NCBI GenBank assembly: GCA_020353515.1
Contig: CP070695.1
Coordinates: 4,189,913-4,253,912, forward strand
Direction of reading: 5' to 3'
DNA: 64,000 nucleotides
Origin: Candidatus Heimdallarchaeota archaeon
Lineage (GTDB): Archaea; Asgardarchaeota; Heimdallarchaeia; Hodarchaeales; Hodarchaeaceae
The position numbers and the translations under genes were made by a program. Positions within the stretch are counted from its first letter, which is position 1, and each line of letters starts with the position of its first letter. Positions 39,636 through 49,394 of this stretch are shown here, piece by piece. Below the pieces are notes generated by a model, which was not told where the DNA came from, made no database searches, and saw only the letters and a program-made list of their open reading frames with translations.

Positions 39636-40376
39636 TTATACTTGGAACTCCTTAGTGTAGAATTTATCAAAAGACGAGAAATCCCCAACAGTCTTACCAT
39701 TTTTCAGTAACAAAATGCGATCTGCTATTTGCATTAAGTCAAGATCATGGGTAATAACAATAACAGTCCTTTTTCTCTTAAAAGAACGAATAATCTCAAT
39801 CAGTCTTGGTTTAGTCCACGGATCAATACCAGCTGTAGGTTCATCTAATACAATGATCCTTGGTTGCATTGCTAAAATTCCTGCAAAAGCCACCTTCTTT
39901 TTTTCACCATATGACAGATTGAATGTGATTCTGTCTTGTAAATGGGTAATTTGGACTTCTTCTAAAGCTAAGTCAACTCTTTTTCTTATTTCCTCCCAGC
40001 TAAGTTCCATATTTCTTGGTCCAAATGATATATCATCATAAACTTTCGGAAAGAATATTTGCTCGTCAGGGTTTTCAAAAACTATTCCTATTAGTTTTTG
40101 GATTTCTCTCTTATTCTTTCTTGTCATAGGTTTTCCAAAAACGATTATTTTACCGCTTTGAGGGGTAAGTAATCCAGTGAAATGCTTCATTAAAGTGGTT
40201 TTTCCTGAACCGTTTGGACCAGAGATTATTGTTAAGTTATTAGATGCAAAATTTATGGAAATATTCTCAAGAACTAATGGTTGTTTCTTGGAATACTTAA
40301 ATGATAGATCTTTAACCTCAAGAACGGTTTCATATGATGTGTTATCAATTCCTTGGATTGTTGTTAGAGTACTCAT
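39636..40376 (-). CDS. nikO: ECF transporter ATPase NikO/CbiO
   Basis: GPNGSGKTT, LSYGEKKKV, LDEPT, ITHD; start 40376 gives an ATGA overlap with the nikQ stop. Confidence 0.85.
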   Translation of the reverse strand: MSTLTTIQGIDNTSYETVLEVKDLSFKYSKKQPLVLENISINFASNNLTIISGPNGSGKTTLMKHFTGLLTPQSGKIIVFGKPMTRKNKREIQKLIGIVFENPDEQIFFPKVYDDISFGPRNMELSWEEIRKRVDLALEEVQITHLQDRITFNLSYGEKKKVAFAGILAMQPRIIVLDEPTAGIDPWTKPRLIEIIRSFKRKRTVIVITHDLDLMQIADRILLLKNGKTVGDFSSFDKFYTKEFQV

Positions 40377-41179
40377 AATATATCCCTTAAAACCCTTATA
40401 GGAGACATTTGTCCAACATTCATTATAATTATTAAGCTTAAAATTGTAAAAATCAAAAAAATAATTCCACCTAAACTCCATGGCTGATGAGGATGAATTA
40501 ATTTACCAGAGAATCCTCGAGCAGAAAGAGTAGCAGAGACATATTGTGCTCGTTTAAATGATCGTGCCAACAGACTCCCAATAATATTACTGATTATTCT
40601 CATAGATCGTAAATTCATTCTAAGCTTTTCACCATATAACCGATTTGATCTCGCTTCAAGAATTCTCTTCAACTCTTCTTGTATAAGAAAAAAGAATCGA
40701 TAGGTAAAGAACGTTAAACTTGTCAATAAATTGGGCATTTTAAGGTCATCAAGACCATAGATAATCTCGAAAAAGGAATCTTCGGAATTGATGAGCATTA
40801 AGACAAATAGAATCATCAATAGACTACGTAATCCTGAAAATAATGCAAAAGAGGAACTGTCGTGAGTAGTAGAGTAGAATAAACTTCTGTAAACGATAGG
40901 TGACTGACTAAACGTAATAAATGACATTATAGTCAATGATATAATAATGGGTAAAGCAACAAGACTTTGTTTCAAAAAAGACAATCTAGGCTGAAATATC
41001 ATAAAATAAAGGAAAAATAATAAGACAATCCAGGCAAGCTGATTAATATCAACTAATAAGGAAGAAATAATTATAACGAGAAAAGTGGCAATTATTTTAC
41101 TCCGTAGATCAAGTTTTTGAGAATTCATAAGATGGTTTGAAGAGTAACGAATTTTGGAATGTGATTGTGGCAAAGTCAA
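40373..41179 (-). CDS. nikQ: ECF transmembrane T component NikQ/CbiQ
   Basis: LDLRSK, TYRFFF, ARSNR and SARGF Arg motifs. Confidence 0.85.
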   Translation of the reverse strand: MTLPQSHSKIRYSSNHLMNSQKLDLRSKIIATFLVIIISSLLVDINQLAWIVLLFFLYFMIFQPRLSFLKQSLVALPIIISLTIMSFITFSQSPIVYRSLFYSTTHDSSSFALFSGLRSLLMILFVLMLINSEDSFFEIIYGLDDLKMPNLLTSLTFFTYRFFFLIQEELKRILEARSNRLYGEKLRMNLRSMRIISNIIGSLLARSFKRAQYVSATLSARGFSGKLIHPHQPWSLGGIIFLIFTILSLIIIMNVGQMSPIRVLRDIL

Positions 41180-41211
41180 CCTCTCTACGATGAAAATATG
41201 TATCTAAAAGG

Positions 41212-41538
41212 TTAGGTATTCTCCGAAGTAATTTTTCTAATTCTACGTTGTTTAACGATATAAAATAATGCAAAGAAAAGGATTACGATAATGAAAACTC
41301 CGATTAAACCAGAGATGAAGGTCGAGAGTGCCTCATTATTGAATACTTGATGAATAATTGAACCATAAGCTCCATAGTCAGTTAAAAAACCAAAATCGAA
41401 AGAAGATCCTTCAGAAGCATTATTTTGTTCTGCAGCACTTTCAAGGCCATCAGGATTAGGATCTGCAAATGGAGTTAAAAGCAATAATACAAAAAAGATT
41501 GAAATAACTCCAATGGCTGATTTATATTTAATCTCCAC
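41212..41538 (-). CDS. nikN: PDGLE-domain protein NikN
   Basis: ADPNPDGLE motif between two TMs. Confidence 0.85.
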   Translation of the reverse strand: MEIKYKSAIGVISIFFVLLLLTPFADPNPDGLESAAEQNNASEGSSFDFGFLTDYGAYGSIIHQVFNNEALSTFISGLIGVFIIVILFFALFYIVKQRRIRKITSENT

Positions 41539-42229
41539 TTCTGTACCTCCTAACTCTAGGGATTTGGATCGAAGGACTTTCTAATTCAAGAAATACATTC
41601 AAGTCAATAGAATGGAAATAAAAAATAATCAAACATGTTATCATACCCTCACCGAGACCAATCAAAATATGATAGAAAACGATTGTCGGTAATGCTATAA
41701 TCAGTGGAATTGCTGCTGGACTGTTTATAATCGGGGTACCAATCTCTAATGCAGCAAAAAAAGAGGCTGTCACAACAGATAGAAAAGCTCCACAGAATAT
41801 TCCACCATAATATCTGAGTTTAGCCTTTTCAGGATCCGTATTCTTAACAAATATAATTATTATAATATATCCTACAAAAACTCCAATAATACCCATATTA
41901 AAAATGTTGGGTCCTAATGCTAAAACACCACCATCAGCAAAAAGGAGTGCCTGAATTATAAGGATAACAGTTATTATTAAAATAGCAGCCCATGGACCTA
42001 CAATTGCTGCAGCTAGAACTCCACCTAGTAGATGACCAGAGGTTCCTCCAATGATTGGGAAATTTAACATTTGAGCTGCAAAAATCGTACCCCCAAGCAC
42101 GGCCATATAAGCAATTCTTGTTTCATCAACATCTCGTAGCTTCCGAATTGCGACTGCTATCGCAGCTATTGTAATAATCCAAGTAACAATAATGAAAGCA
42201 GGATCAACCCAACCGTCAGGAATATGCAT
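41528..42229 (-). CDS. nikM: ECF substrate component NikM/CbiM
   Basis: N-terminal MHIPDG, FAAQMLNFP, GTSGHLLGG, FADGG. Confidence 0.9.
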   Translation of the reverse strand: MHIPDGWVDPAFIIVTWIITIAAIAVAIRKLRDVDETRIAYMAVLGGTIFAAQMLNFPIIGGTSGHLLGGVLAAAIVGPWAAILIITVILIIQALLFADGGVLALGPNIFNMGIIGVFVGYIIIIIFVKNTDPEKAKLRYYGGIFCGAFLSVVTASFFAALEIGTPIINSPAAIPLIIALPTIVFYHILIGLGEGMITCLIIFYFHSIDLNVFLELESPSIQIPRVRRYRSGD

Positions 42230-42316
42230 TTATTTAACACCTGAAATATTTCAATTATTTAGAAAGAATAAAAAAGGAATTTTCTACAAAAAAACTACTA
42301 ACTCCTAGAGTATATA

Positions 42317-42347
42317 TGTCTTACAGGAAGATCATTATTGTAACACA
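42317..42347. promoter_or_regulatory. Putative NikR operator
   Basis: TGTCTTACA-N13-TGTAACACA imperfect inverted repeat (8/9) adjacent to a TATA-like tract upstream of nikM. Confidence 0.55.
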
Positions 42348-42552
42348 ATTAAAATAAACTAATAAAGATGGACTTTTGTTTTAATAGTATCAATTGATTT
42401 CACATCAATCCTCTTGGGATTAAGTGTATTAATCACATTCAGGAGTATAACTCAGAGGAAAAGAAGAAAAAAGATAACTACAAAATGATCTAAGAACATT
42501 AAAAGCTAAAGCCTACTAGTTCTAATTAAAAACAACAATTATTCAATTCGTC

Positions 42553-43836
42553 TTGAAGGATATGAAAGTGAAATCTACTTTTACAACCACTGAAAAATAT
42601 GCCAAAAACCTAGATTTGGAAGATCCGTTAGCAAAATTTCGTTCACGATTTTTTATTCCGAAAGATACAATTTACCTTGATGGAAATTCACTAGGCTTAT
42701 TCCCAAGAGATGCAGAGAAATGTATTCTCAGAGTAATGAAGGAATGGAAAACATTAGGAATTCAAGGCTGGTTTGAGAGTGAACGACCATGGTGGTACTA
42801 TGGTGAAAATTTAGGAGCAATAGCAGCCCCTTTGGTGGGAGCTGAACCAAATGAAGTCGTTGCTACTGGTACAACAACTATTAATCTCCACTCGCTTGTA
42901 AGTACGTTCTATCACCCCAAGGGGAAGAAAACAAAAATACTTGCTGATGAATTAGATTTCCCTACAGACATTTATGCCCTAAAAAGTCAGTTAAAGCTAA
43001 AAGGATTGAATCCAGAAGAACATTTAGTACTTGCACCATCCAACGGCCGATTTTTTGATGAGAAAAAAATCGTCGAACTTATGACTGAGGAGATCGCCCT
43101 AGTTATGCTTCCATCAGCTCTTTATCGCAGTGGTCAATTATTAGATATGGCTTATTTGACAAAAGAAGCACACACACGAGATATTCCTATTGGTTTTGAT
43201 TGTTGCCATTCAGTAGGAGCTGTCCCTCACTACTTTGATGATTGGGGTGTCGATTTTGCAGTCTGGTGTAGTTACAAATACCTAAATTCTGGTCCTGGTG
43301 GTACAGCTTTTCTCTATATCAATAAAAAACACTTCAACAAGGATCCAGGGCTTACTGGATGGTTTGGTTATGTGAAAGAGAAACAATTTGAAATGCTCCT
43401 CGACTTTGAACATGCCAAATCAGCAGGAGGGTGGCAAATGTCTAGTTCCAACATACTATGTTCCGCACCAATTGAGGGGGCATTGGATGTAATGTTAGAG
43501 GCAGGAATAGAAAGAATCAGAGAAAAATCGATTAAGCTCACAGAATACTTAATTCATTTGACAGATCATCTGCTTGCAGAAAGTCCCTACAATTTCGAGG
43601 TAGGTACACCTCGAGACCCTGATCGAAGAACTGGACATATTGCTCTTGAACATGACGAAGCGTTTCGAATTTCTGAAGCTTTAAAAGCTAGAGGTGTAGT
43701 AACTGACTATCGTCCTCCTAATATCGTAAGAGTAGCTCCTGTTGCTTTATATAACACATATCATGAAGTCTGGAAAATTGTACAGATTCTCCAAGAAATA
43801 ATAGACAACCGTGAATATGAAAATATCTTTAAATAA
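42553..43836 (+). CDS. kynU: Kynureninase
   Basis: IYLDGNSLG, FPTDIYA, DCCHSVG, WCSYKYLNSGPG (PLP Lys), GWFG, RVAPVALYN. Confidence 0.95.
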   Translation: MKDMKVKSTFTTTEKYAKNLDLEDPLAKFRSRFFIPKDTIYLDGNSLGLFPRDAEKCILRVMKEWKTLGIQGWFESERPWWYYGENLGAIAAPLVGAEPNEVVATGTTTINLHSLVSTFYHPKGKKTKILADELDFPTDIYALKSQLKLKGLNPEEHLVLAPSNGRFFDEKKIVELMTEEIALVMLPSALYRSGQLLDMAYLTKEAHTRDIPIGFDCCHSVGAVPHYFDDWGVDFAVWCSYKYLNSGPGGTAFLYINKKHFNKDPGLTGWFGYVKEKQFEMLLDFEHAKSAGGWQMSSSNILCSAPIEGALDVMLEAGIERIREKSIKLTEYLIHLTDHLLAESPYNFEVGTPRDPDRRTGHIALEHDEAFRISEALKARGVVTDYRPPNIVRVAPVALYNTYHEVWKIVQILQEIIDNREYENIFK

Positions 43837-43860
43837 CCAAATAATTTTGGTGGTGGGATA

Positions 43861-44472
43861 ATGAACAATCTACTTTCACGAAAATTGCCATTTCGAATAA
43901 TCTGGGAGGCTTCTACCCCAGGAGAAGTTGAATATCGAAATCTGATCCTGCGAAAAGGGCGAATGGAAACTAATCTGCATATCGCCCTTAAAGTATTAGC
44001 TTATTGTTATTTTTGGGACAGGAATCTGACTATTGAGCCCCTCTTTCGACTTAACCGCTACAAACCTGACTTAATTGCTTGGAGAAAATCTGAGATCCCT
44101 ACAAAAGAAAAACTGATTCCAGATTTATGGATTGAATGTAAAAACGTAAAACTCAAGAAATTAAGTAAATTAAGTCGCCTTCTTCCTTTTAGTGAAATTA
44201 TATGGGTTAATTCAAAACAATTACTGACTCGAACCATTAAAAGCATCCAATCCAAAAAACAAAGAGAAATATTGGCTTCTAATGTTCAGCTGATAGGAAT
44301 AGAAACTTCAAAGCAAAGTTGGGAGTCTCTTGAGGATAGTATCAATGTAAAAAAGCCAGAATGGAAGATAAATAGACATTCGAATACCTCGATGGTGATA
44401 AATTTGAGAACGAGAAATCTTGATCCAGTCACGGTAGAATTTCATGTCCTTTCTACCACTATCAAAACATAA
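43861..44472 (+). CDS. YaeQ-like PD-(D/E)XK-fold protein
   Basis: ETNLHIALKVLAYC, KPDL, LWIEC. Confidence 0.65.
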   Translation: MNNLLSRKLPFRIIWEASTPGEVEYRNLILRKGRMETNLHIALKVLAYCYFWDRNLTIEPLFRLNRYKPDLIAWRKSEIPTKEKLIPDLWIECKNVKLKKLSKLSRLLPFSEIIWVNSKQLLTRTIKSIQSKKQREILASNVQLIGIETSKQSWESLEDSINVKKPEWKINRHSNTSMVINLRTRNLDPVTVEFHVLSTTIKT

Positions 44473-44505
44473 ATTTAGTGAATAAAACTTGGGAAAGATG
44501 ATTTT

Positions 44506-45390
44506 ATGTCATCAATCCACATTCGGTCTTTAAATAAAACAGATGCTGATTTTCTAACGTATCTTGATTCCCAAGTTAAATGGGGTTTTAGTCAAAAAAT
44601 TACAGAGATATTTCTAGAATACAGTGATTCTGCATATCTTGCAGAAGATTCTGTTACTCAACAACCCTTAGGGATAGTTTTGACCTATTATTATCCACCT
44701 TCCACAGGATGGATAGGATTTCTAATCGTAGATGAACAGTATCAAAATAGGGGGATTGGTAGAATTTTATTCTTAAAAGCTGTAAATCAGCTATTGGAGA
44801 TTGGGTGTAAGGAGATTCTTTTAGATGCCGTTCCAGACGTGGTTAATTTCTATGAGAAGTTTCATTTTTATAGATTAGAGCACTCTTTCAGGCTTAAAAT
44901 ACCAAAACATACCCTTCTGAGATCATTAACATCATCTCCACAGAGTATTCAATTAGAAAGTGACCACCTTCAAAAGGTCGGAGACTTTGATTCCCAGATT
45001 TTTGGAGCAGAAAGGAATAAAATATTCCAAATCATGTTGAAAAATCCCAAAAGTGATGGAGCAGTTTTTATCCGCCAAAAAAAGGTTGAAGGTTATGGAT
45101 TCATACGTTATTCTAAAAATTCCTTTTCGATTGGCCCATTAATAGCAAATGATTCCACTCTAGCCCTTGATTTAATAAGCAGGTTAATTGAGATAGGGAT
45201 ACACCACTGTAAGGAATGTGAATGGATCCTCGTGGGAGTTACAGAGACATCAAATATTCCATTACAGTTCTTTCATCACTTGGGTTTTAAAGAATATAAC
45301 TACTCTTTAAGGATGCGTTATGGAACAAATCAAAGAGAAATAAGTATTTCAAACTTAATATACTGCATTACTTCCCCCGCGATGGGTTAA
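44506..45390 (+). CDS. Tandem GNAT N-acetyltransferase (YitH-like)
   Basis: GWIGFLIV...QNRGIG, LDA, FYEKFHF; second domain with IGPLIA. Confidence 0.85.
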   Translation: MSSIHIRSLNKTDADFLTYLDSQVKWGFSQKITEIFLEYSDSAYLAEDSVTQQPLGIVLTYYYPPSTGWIGFLIVDEQYQNRGIGRILFLKAVNQLLEIGCKEILLDAVPDVVNFYEKFHFYRLEHSFRLKIPKHTLLRSLTSSPQSIQLESDHLQKVGDFDSQIFGAERNKIFQIMLKNPKSDGAVFIRQKKVEGYGFIRYSKNSFSIGPLIANDSTLALDLISRLIEIGIHHCKECEWILVGVTETSNIPLQFFHHLGFKEYNYSLRMRYGTNQREISISNLIYCITSPAMG

Positions 45391-45417
45391 CTATTCAATT
45401 TGTAAGGAGAAAAACAG

Positions 45418-45915
45418 ATGAAAAAACAGCAAGCCATTCAATTCCTAAAAGAGAACCATAGAAAATTGGAAAATATAATTAATAGATTAAAAGAGAACCA
45501 AATTACGAAAGATATTATTTCAGGTAAGTGGACATCGAAAGATATCATCGCTCATATTTCTGCTTGGAATTCAGAACTTAAAAAAGCCATTGATAACCTC
45601 TTAAACTATGAAAAACCATGGTTTATCAATGAAGAAGAGCTAACCGAAGCTGAATTTAATGAAAAAGAAACTCAAAAACGAAAAAATTGGACTGTAGAAC
45701 AAATTTTGAGAGAGTGGCAAAGTTCATTTGAAGAATTAATACAAAGGATAGAGGATCTTTCAAACTCTGAATGGGAATACCAAACACAGTTTGAATGGAC
45801 TAAAGATATGCCTGTCACTGTAAACTCACTATTTGAATATACATACAAAGGTGAGGGACACGAAGGTGGTCATGCGAAACAAATTGAGGAGTACTACAGG
45901 AAAACAACCAAATAA
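45418..45915 (+). CDS. DinB/ClbS-DfsB family four-helix-bundle protein
   Basis: WTSKDIIAHISAW and HEGGH metal motif. Confidence 0.8.
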   Translation: MKKQQAIQFLKENHRKLENIINRLKENQITKDIISGKWTSKDIIAHISAWNSELKKAIDNLLNYEKPWFINEEELTEAEFNEKETQKRKNWTVEQILREWQSSFEELIQRIEDLSNSEWEYQTQFEWTKDMPVTVNSLFEYTYKGEGHEGGHAKQIEEYYRKTTK

Positions 45916-45949
45916 TATTGATAAAGGTTGATGTCGTCGAAGTAAGGTT

Positions 45950-46657
45950 TTAATCCAATTTTCCATATTTCCCTTGAAGGGGAACATACAATACTTTTTC
46001 GATTGATTTTAGTGTGAGACTGCCATCATCTTTCTTTTCTAGCAAAATCAAGTTTTGAGAATTTCCCAGTACTTGACGGGGCGTTATTAACTTCCCTCCT
46101 TCTTTAAGTTGGTTGATTAAGGGTGGTGGAATTTCAACACAAGCGGCAGTTAAACATATTTTATCATATGGAGCATTAGGAGGATATCCGATTCCTCCAT
46201 CTCCTTCGACCAAATATAAATTGGGATAATTAAACTGAGCAACACAGTTTCTAGCGTATGAAATTGTATCGTGATCTATTTCAATTGATGTAACCTGCCC
46301 CTGTATTCCCACTATCTCGGCAGCTAAGACTGCTCCATAACCTGAACCTGTACCGACTTCTAACAGATTATCTCCTGGAGATAACTTAATTGCTTCATAA
46401 AACATTGGATATGAATGAGGACATGAGATTGTCGATTTCTTTCCGGGAAGAGGAAAGGGGAGTTCTTCATAGGTATGGTCTCGATAGTTAAAGGGGACAA
46501 ACACCTCTCGAGGGATTTTAAGCATTGCTTTCTCAATATTTATGGATCTAAGAAACCCAGTTTGCTTTAATGATGAAATTTTTCTTAGTCTTTCCTTTAC
46601 AAAGGTTTTTTTCGTTTTTCTCGATGGTTTTGGCGGAGGGATGATCCACCCAAACAT
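45950..46657 (-). CDS. pcm: Protein-L-isoaspartate O-methyltransferase
   Basis: IPREVFVP, TISCPH, LEVGTGSGY, GDGGIG, APYDKI, YVPLQG. Confidence 0.9.
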   Translation of the reverse strand: MFGWIIPPPKPSRKTKKTFVKERLRKISSLKQTGFLRSINIEKAMLKIPREVFVPFNYRDHTYEELPFPLPGKKSTISCPHSYPMFYEAIKLSPGDNLLEVGTGSGYGAVLAAEIVGIQGQVTSIEIDHDTISYARNCVAQFNYPNLYLVEGDGGIGYPPNAPYDKICLTAACVEIPPPLINQLKEGGKLITPRQVLGNSQNLILLEKKDDGSLTLKSIEKVLYVPLQGKYGKLD

Positions 46658-46810
46658 GTTACTTCATCCTTGTCGAGTTACTCAAAGAATAGATCATTGA
46701 TGATGATTCACGTATGGTTGTTATATTAGTACATAGTCTTTTAACACTTTTATTCGGACTTGTTTGAACTTGTATATTTCACAATTACTTAATTCTAGGA
46801 GAATATATTC

Positions 46811-47683
46811 TTGACTTTACACTTTGGGATAAGACCCTTTGAGTTTCAAGACTTCATTGGCATGATAGGAGAGAAAGGAAAATTAGATATATCGAGTGTC
46901 AGCTATGTAGATGTTGTAAAGGACAGTTTACAAAACAAGTTTGATCATTTTGAGGTAACTGGAGATTTAGCATATGTTTTACCTGGATTACTAAGCAAAG
47001 ACGTCATCAATCAACTAACTGAATTCAAAAATCGCAATAAACTTTCCTGTTCAGTACACCTACCCCTCTGGGCTATCGAATTATCCTCACCAAATAACCA
47101 CATAAAGAATGCGTCAATTAAATGCCTTGTGGATACAATCGAGCAAACTAGAGAGTTAGATCCAATCTGCTGGGTCATACACGCCACTGGAGCGTTGATT
47201 TCGGAGTTTTCTAGGCTACAATTACCACATTATGCTAAGTCTTTTATGACTGGAATGTTTGCATCAACTGCCCAAAAAAGCCTTGAACAAATCATTGACC
47301 AAACCAACATTTCTCCTCGTAAACTTGCAGTTGAAAACGTTGAATTTCCTTTTAGAGAAATGGAAGAGTGTATTGAAGCTCTAGATTTAAGTGTGTGCTT
47401 TGATACTGGTCATCTCCTAGCAGGTTATTCTGGTGAATGGGAAGGTGGTGTTATAGATTTTTTTGATACTTACCATGATCGGATTGTGGAACTTCATCTT
47501 CATGATGGAAAAATCCCCAGAATCGATCATATACCTCTTGGTGAAGGAGATCTTCCTGTACAAGAAACGATTGAAACATTATTAGAAGTTAATTTTGCTG
47601 GGCCTATCGTTTTTGAATTAGATTTAGATGAGGTAGAAAAATCAATGATGTACATCAAAGAGAATGTACCTGGAGCTCTCTAA
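46811..47683 (+). CDS. AP-endonuclease-2/xylose-isomerase-like TIM barrel; possibly cobamide-remodelling phosphodiesterase (CbiR-like)
   Basis: SVHLP, VIH, AVEN, FDTGH, HLHD, DH.PLG.G, VFE. Confidence 0.65.
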   Translation: MTLHFGIRPFEFQDFIGMIGEKGKLDISSVSYVDVVKDSLQNKFDHFEVTGDLAYVLPGLLSKDVINQLTEFKNRNKLSCSVHLPLWAIELSSPNNHIKNASIKCLVDTIEQTRELDPICWVIHATGALISEFSRLQLPHYAKSFMTGMFASTAQKSLEQIIDQTNISPRKLAVENVEFPFREMEECIEALDLSVCFDTGHLLAGYSGEWEGGVIDFFDTYHDRIVELHLHDGKIPRIDHIPLGEGDLPVQETIETLLEVNFAGPIVFELDLDEVEKSMMYIKENVPGAL

Positions 47684-47690
47684 AGGAATA

Positions 47691-48209
47691 TTAATTCTTC
47701 CTGAGCATCTCTCTTAATTGAATTAAAGCCTCTTTTATCATTTGAAAAGATCTTTCATACGGTGGATCAAAATAGGGATCAGGTACATTATTAGAGATTC
47801 CTAAAGTGAATTCAAGTAATAGAAAAGTGTTTTTATTAGGTATTTTTCGAATGTGAGTTTTTTCCATTACTAAAACAAGGTCTGCTTCTTGAAACATATC
47901 AGGATGATCGGAAAAATATCGTGGTGTGAATTCAGCAATTTTCTTTTGAGGTACACCCTCCTTTACTAACATATCACGAGCTTCCATAGATATTGAGTAG
48001 TTACGATATGTTACTCCTCCTGATTCTACTCGAATTTTCTTCTTTAACTCCTTATCTTCTTTAATGAGGTGTTCGAAAAGCAGGTGAGCATATGGGCTGC
48101 GAATGATATTCCCAGAACATATAAAGACAATTCTAAAGTGATCTGATTCACTATATTTTTGAAGAATGTATTGTTTTTGTTCCTCTAGTCGAAGATTCAA
48201 AAAAATCAC
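47691..48209 (-). CDS. Low-molecular-weight protein tyrosine phosphatase family
   Basis: FICSGNIIRSP (CX5R), ADLVLVM, VPDPY. Confidence 0.85.
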   Translation of the reverse strand: MIFLNLRLEEQKQYILQKYSESDHFRIVFICSGNIIRSPYAHLLFEHLIKEDKELKKKIRVESGGVTYRNYSISMEARDMLVKEGVPQKKIAEFTPRYFSDHPDMFQEADLVLVMEKTHIRKIPNKNTFLLLEFTLGISNNVPDPYFDPPYERSFQMIKEALIQLREMLRKN

Positions 48210-48335
48210 TAAAAAAAGCTGAATTAAAACCCTATTTTAATTCGCTTGGTTTAATTACCGAATCTATCTAGATAATATTATAAAATAGCAAAGATATAGT
48301 ATACTTGACGTTTTGTTCCCCAAGAGGATCATTTC

Positions 48336-48470
48336 ATGAATGAGATCTCTAGTAATAAAAATGATTTAAATGGTGAAAAAGTAACCAAGAGACCTCATTG
48401 TAAGTATTGTGGTTTTGAATTAACGTATATCGTAAAGTACTGTCCGAGGTGTGGAGAAGAGCTACACTAG
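48336..48470 (+). CDS. 44-aa zinc-ribbon microprotein (not in ORF track)
   Basis: MNEISSNKNDLNGEKVTKRPHCKYCGFELTYIVKYCPRCGEELH; GAGGA RBS. Confidence 0.7.
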   Translation: MNEISSNKNDLNGEKVTKRPHCKYCGFELTYIVKYCPRCGEELH

Positions 48471-48594
48471 AATTATTACCAAAAATTCTACTCAATAAGT
48501 TTCCAGAAAAGGGAACCAAATCCCGATAGTTCTTAATTTTGGCTCAATATAAAGAAAAATAAGATAAAGTGAAGTTCACTTTCATTGAATAATT

Positions 48595-49383
48595 TTGCCA
48601 GAATCTCACTGGGATCTTGTTTTTGATTTACACGGAGTTCTAGCGGACGTTAACGCCGTTAATCTGAACTATGGAACATACTTAAAGAAAATATTGGAAC
48701 CTACAGGGATAAAACGCGAAAAAATCGTTGAAATCCATGAACATGCCTTCAAAAATTGGATAACTGAGATAACAAAACTAACTAATGATTATGATGAGGA
48801 TGAGAATACTAATTCAGAAGTTTTTATGAAAAAATATACCCTAGTTGACGCTAAATGGGAAAATTTCATTTTAAACACTATACCTTTTGAACATAAAATC
48901 GCTATTAAACCCCTTCTAGAGACATCATTAATAGAATACGAAGCTCTCGCGAAAGGTCCGTATCCTATCCTCTATCCTGAAGTAAAATCAGTATTAACAG
49001 AAATAGTTGAGATAGGGCATCTACGTATGCACATAGCTTCGTCCGCTTCTTCTCGACATGTTAAAGGTGCTGTTGTTCGTCATAATTTGGAAAATTTTTT
49101 CTATAAACTAATTGGGTACGACACTGTAAAAGCACCTAAAAAAGCAAGAAATGCAGATTATTTCACAAGAATGCTGCAAGTTATAGGTACAGTTCCAGAA
49201 CGCATCATTTTTGTAGGAGATTCCATTGAGGAAGCCAATCTTACAACTCAACTTGGAATGAAGTTTGTACTGGTAAAGAGGAAGAAGGATTTTGAATCAA
49301 CAGAAATTTCAAAAAACAATTTAGAAGTAATTAATGATTTAAATGCCCTACTTCCGATTATCAATACTGTGTTGAATTCTTAA
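48595..49383 (+). CDS. HAD-superfamily hydrolase
   Basis: FDLHGVL (motif I variant), LYPEV, IASS, K, FVGDS...A..LGM. Confidence 0.8.
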   Translation: MPESHWDLVFDLHGVLADVNAVNLNYGTYLKKILEPTGIKREKIVEIHEHAFKNWITEITKLTNDYDEDENTNSEVFMKKYTLVDAKWENFILNTIPFEHKIAIKPLLETSLIEYEALAKGPYPILYPEVKSVLTEIVEIGHLRMHIASSASSRHVKGAVVRHNLENFFYKLIGYDTVKAPKKARNADYFTRMLQVIGTVPERIIFVGDSIEEANLTTQLGMKFVLVKRKKDFESTEISKNNLEVINDLNALLPIINTVLNS

Positions 49384-49394
49384 TTGCCTATACT

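Noticed and set aside
47691-48209. Arsenate reductase ArsC for the ars operon
   Set aside because: Only the P-loop Cys is present, the resolving cysteines are absent, and it lies more than 20 kb from the operon.
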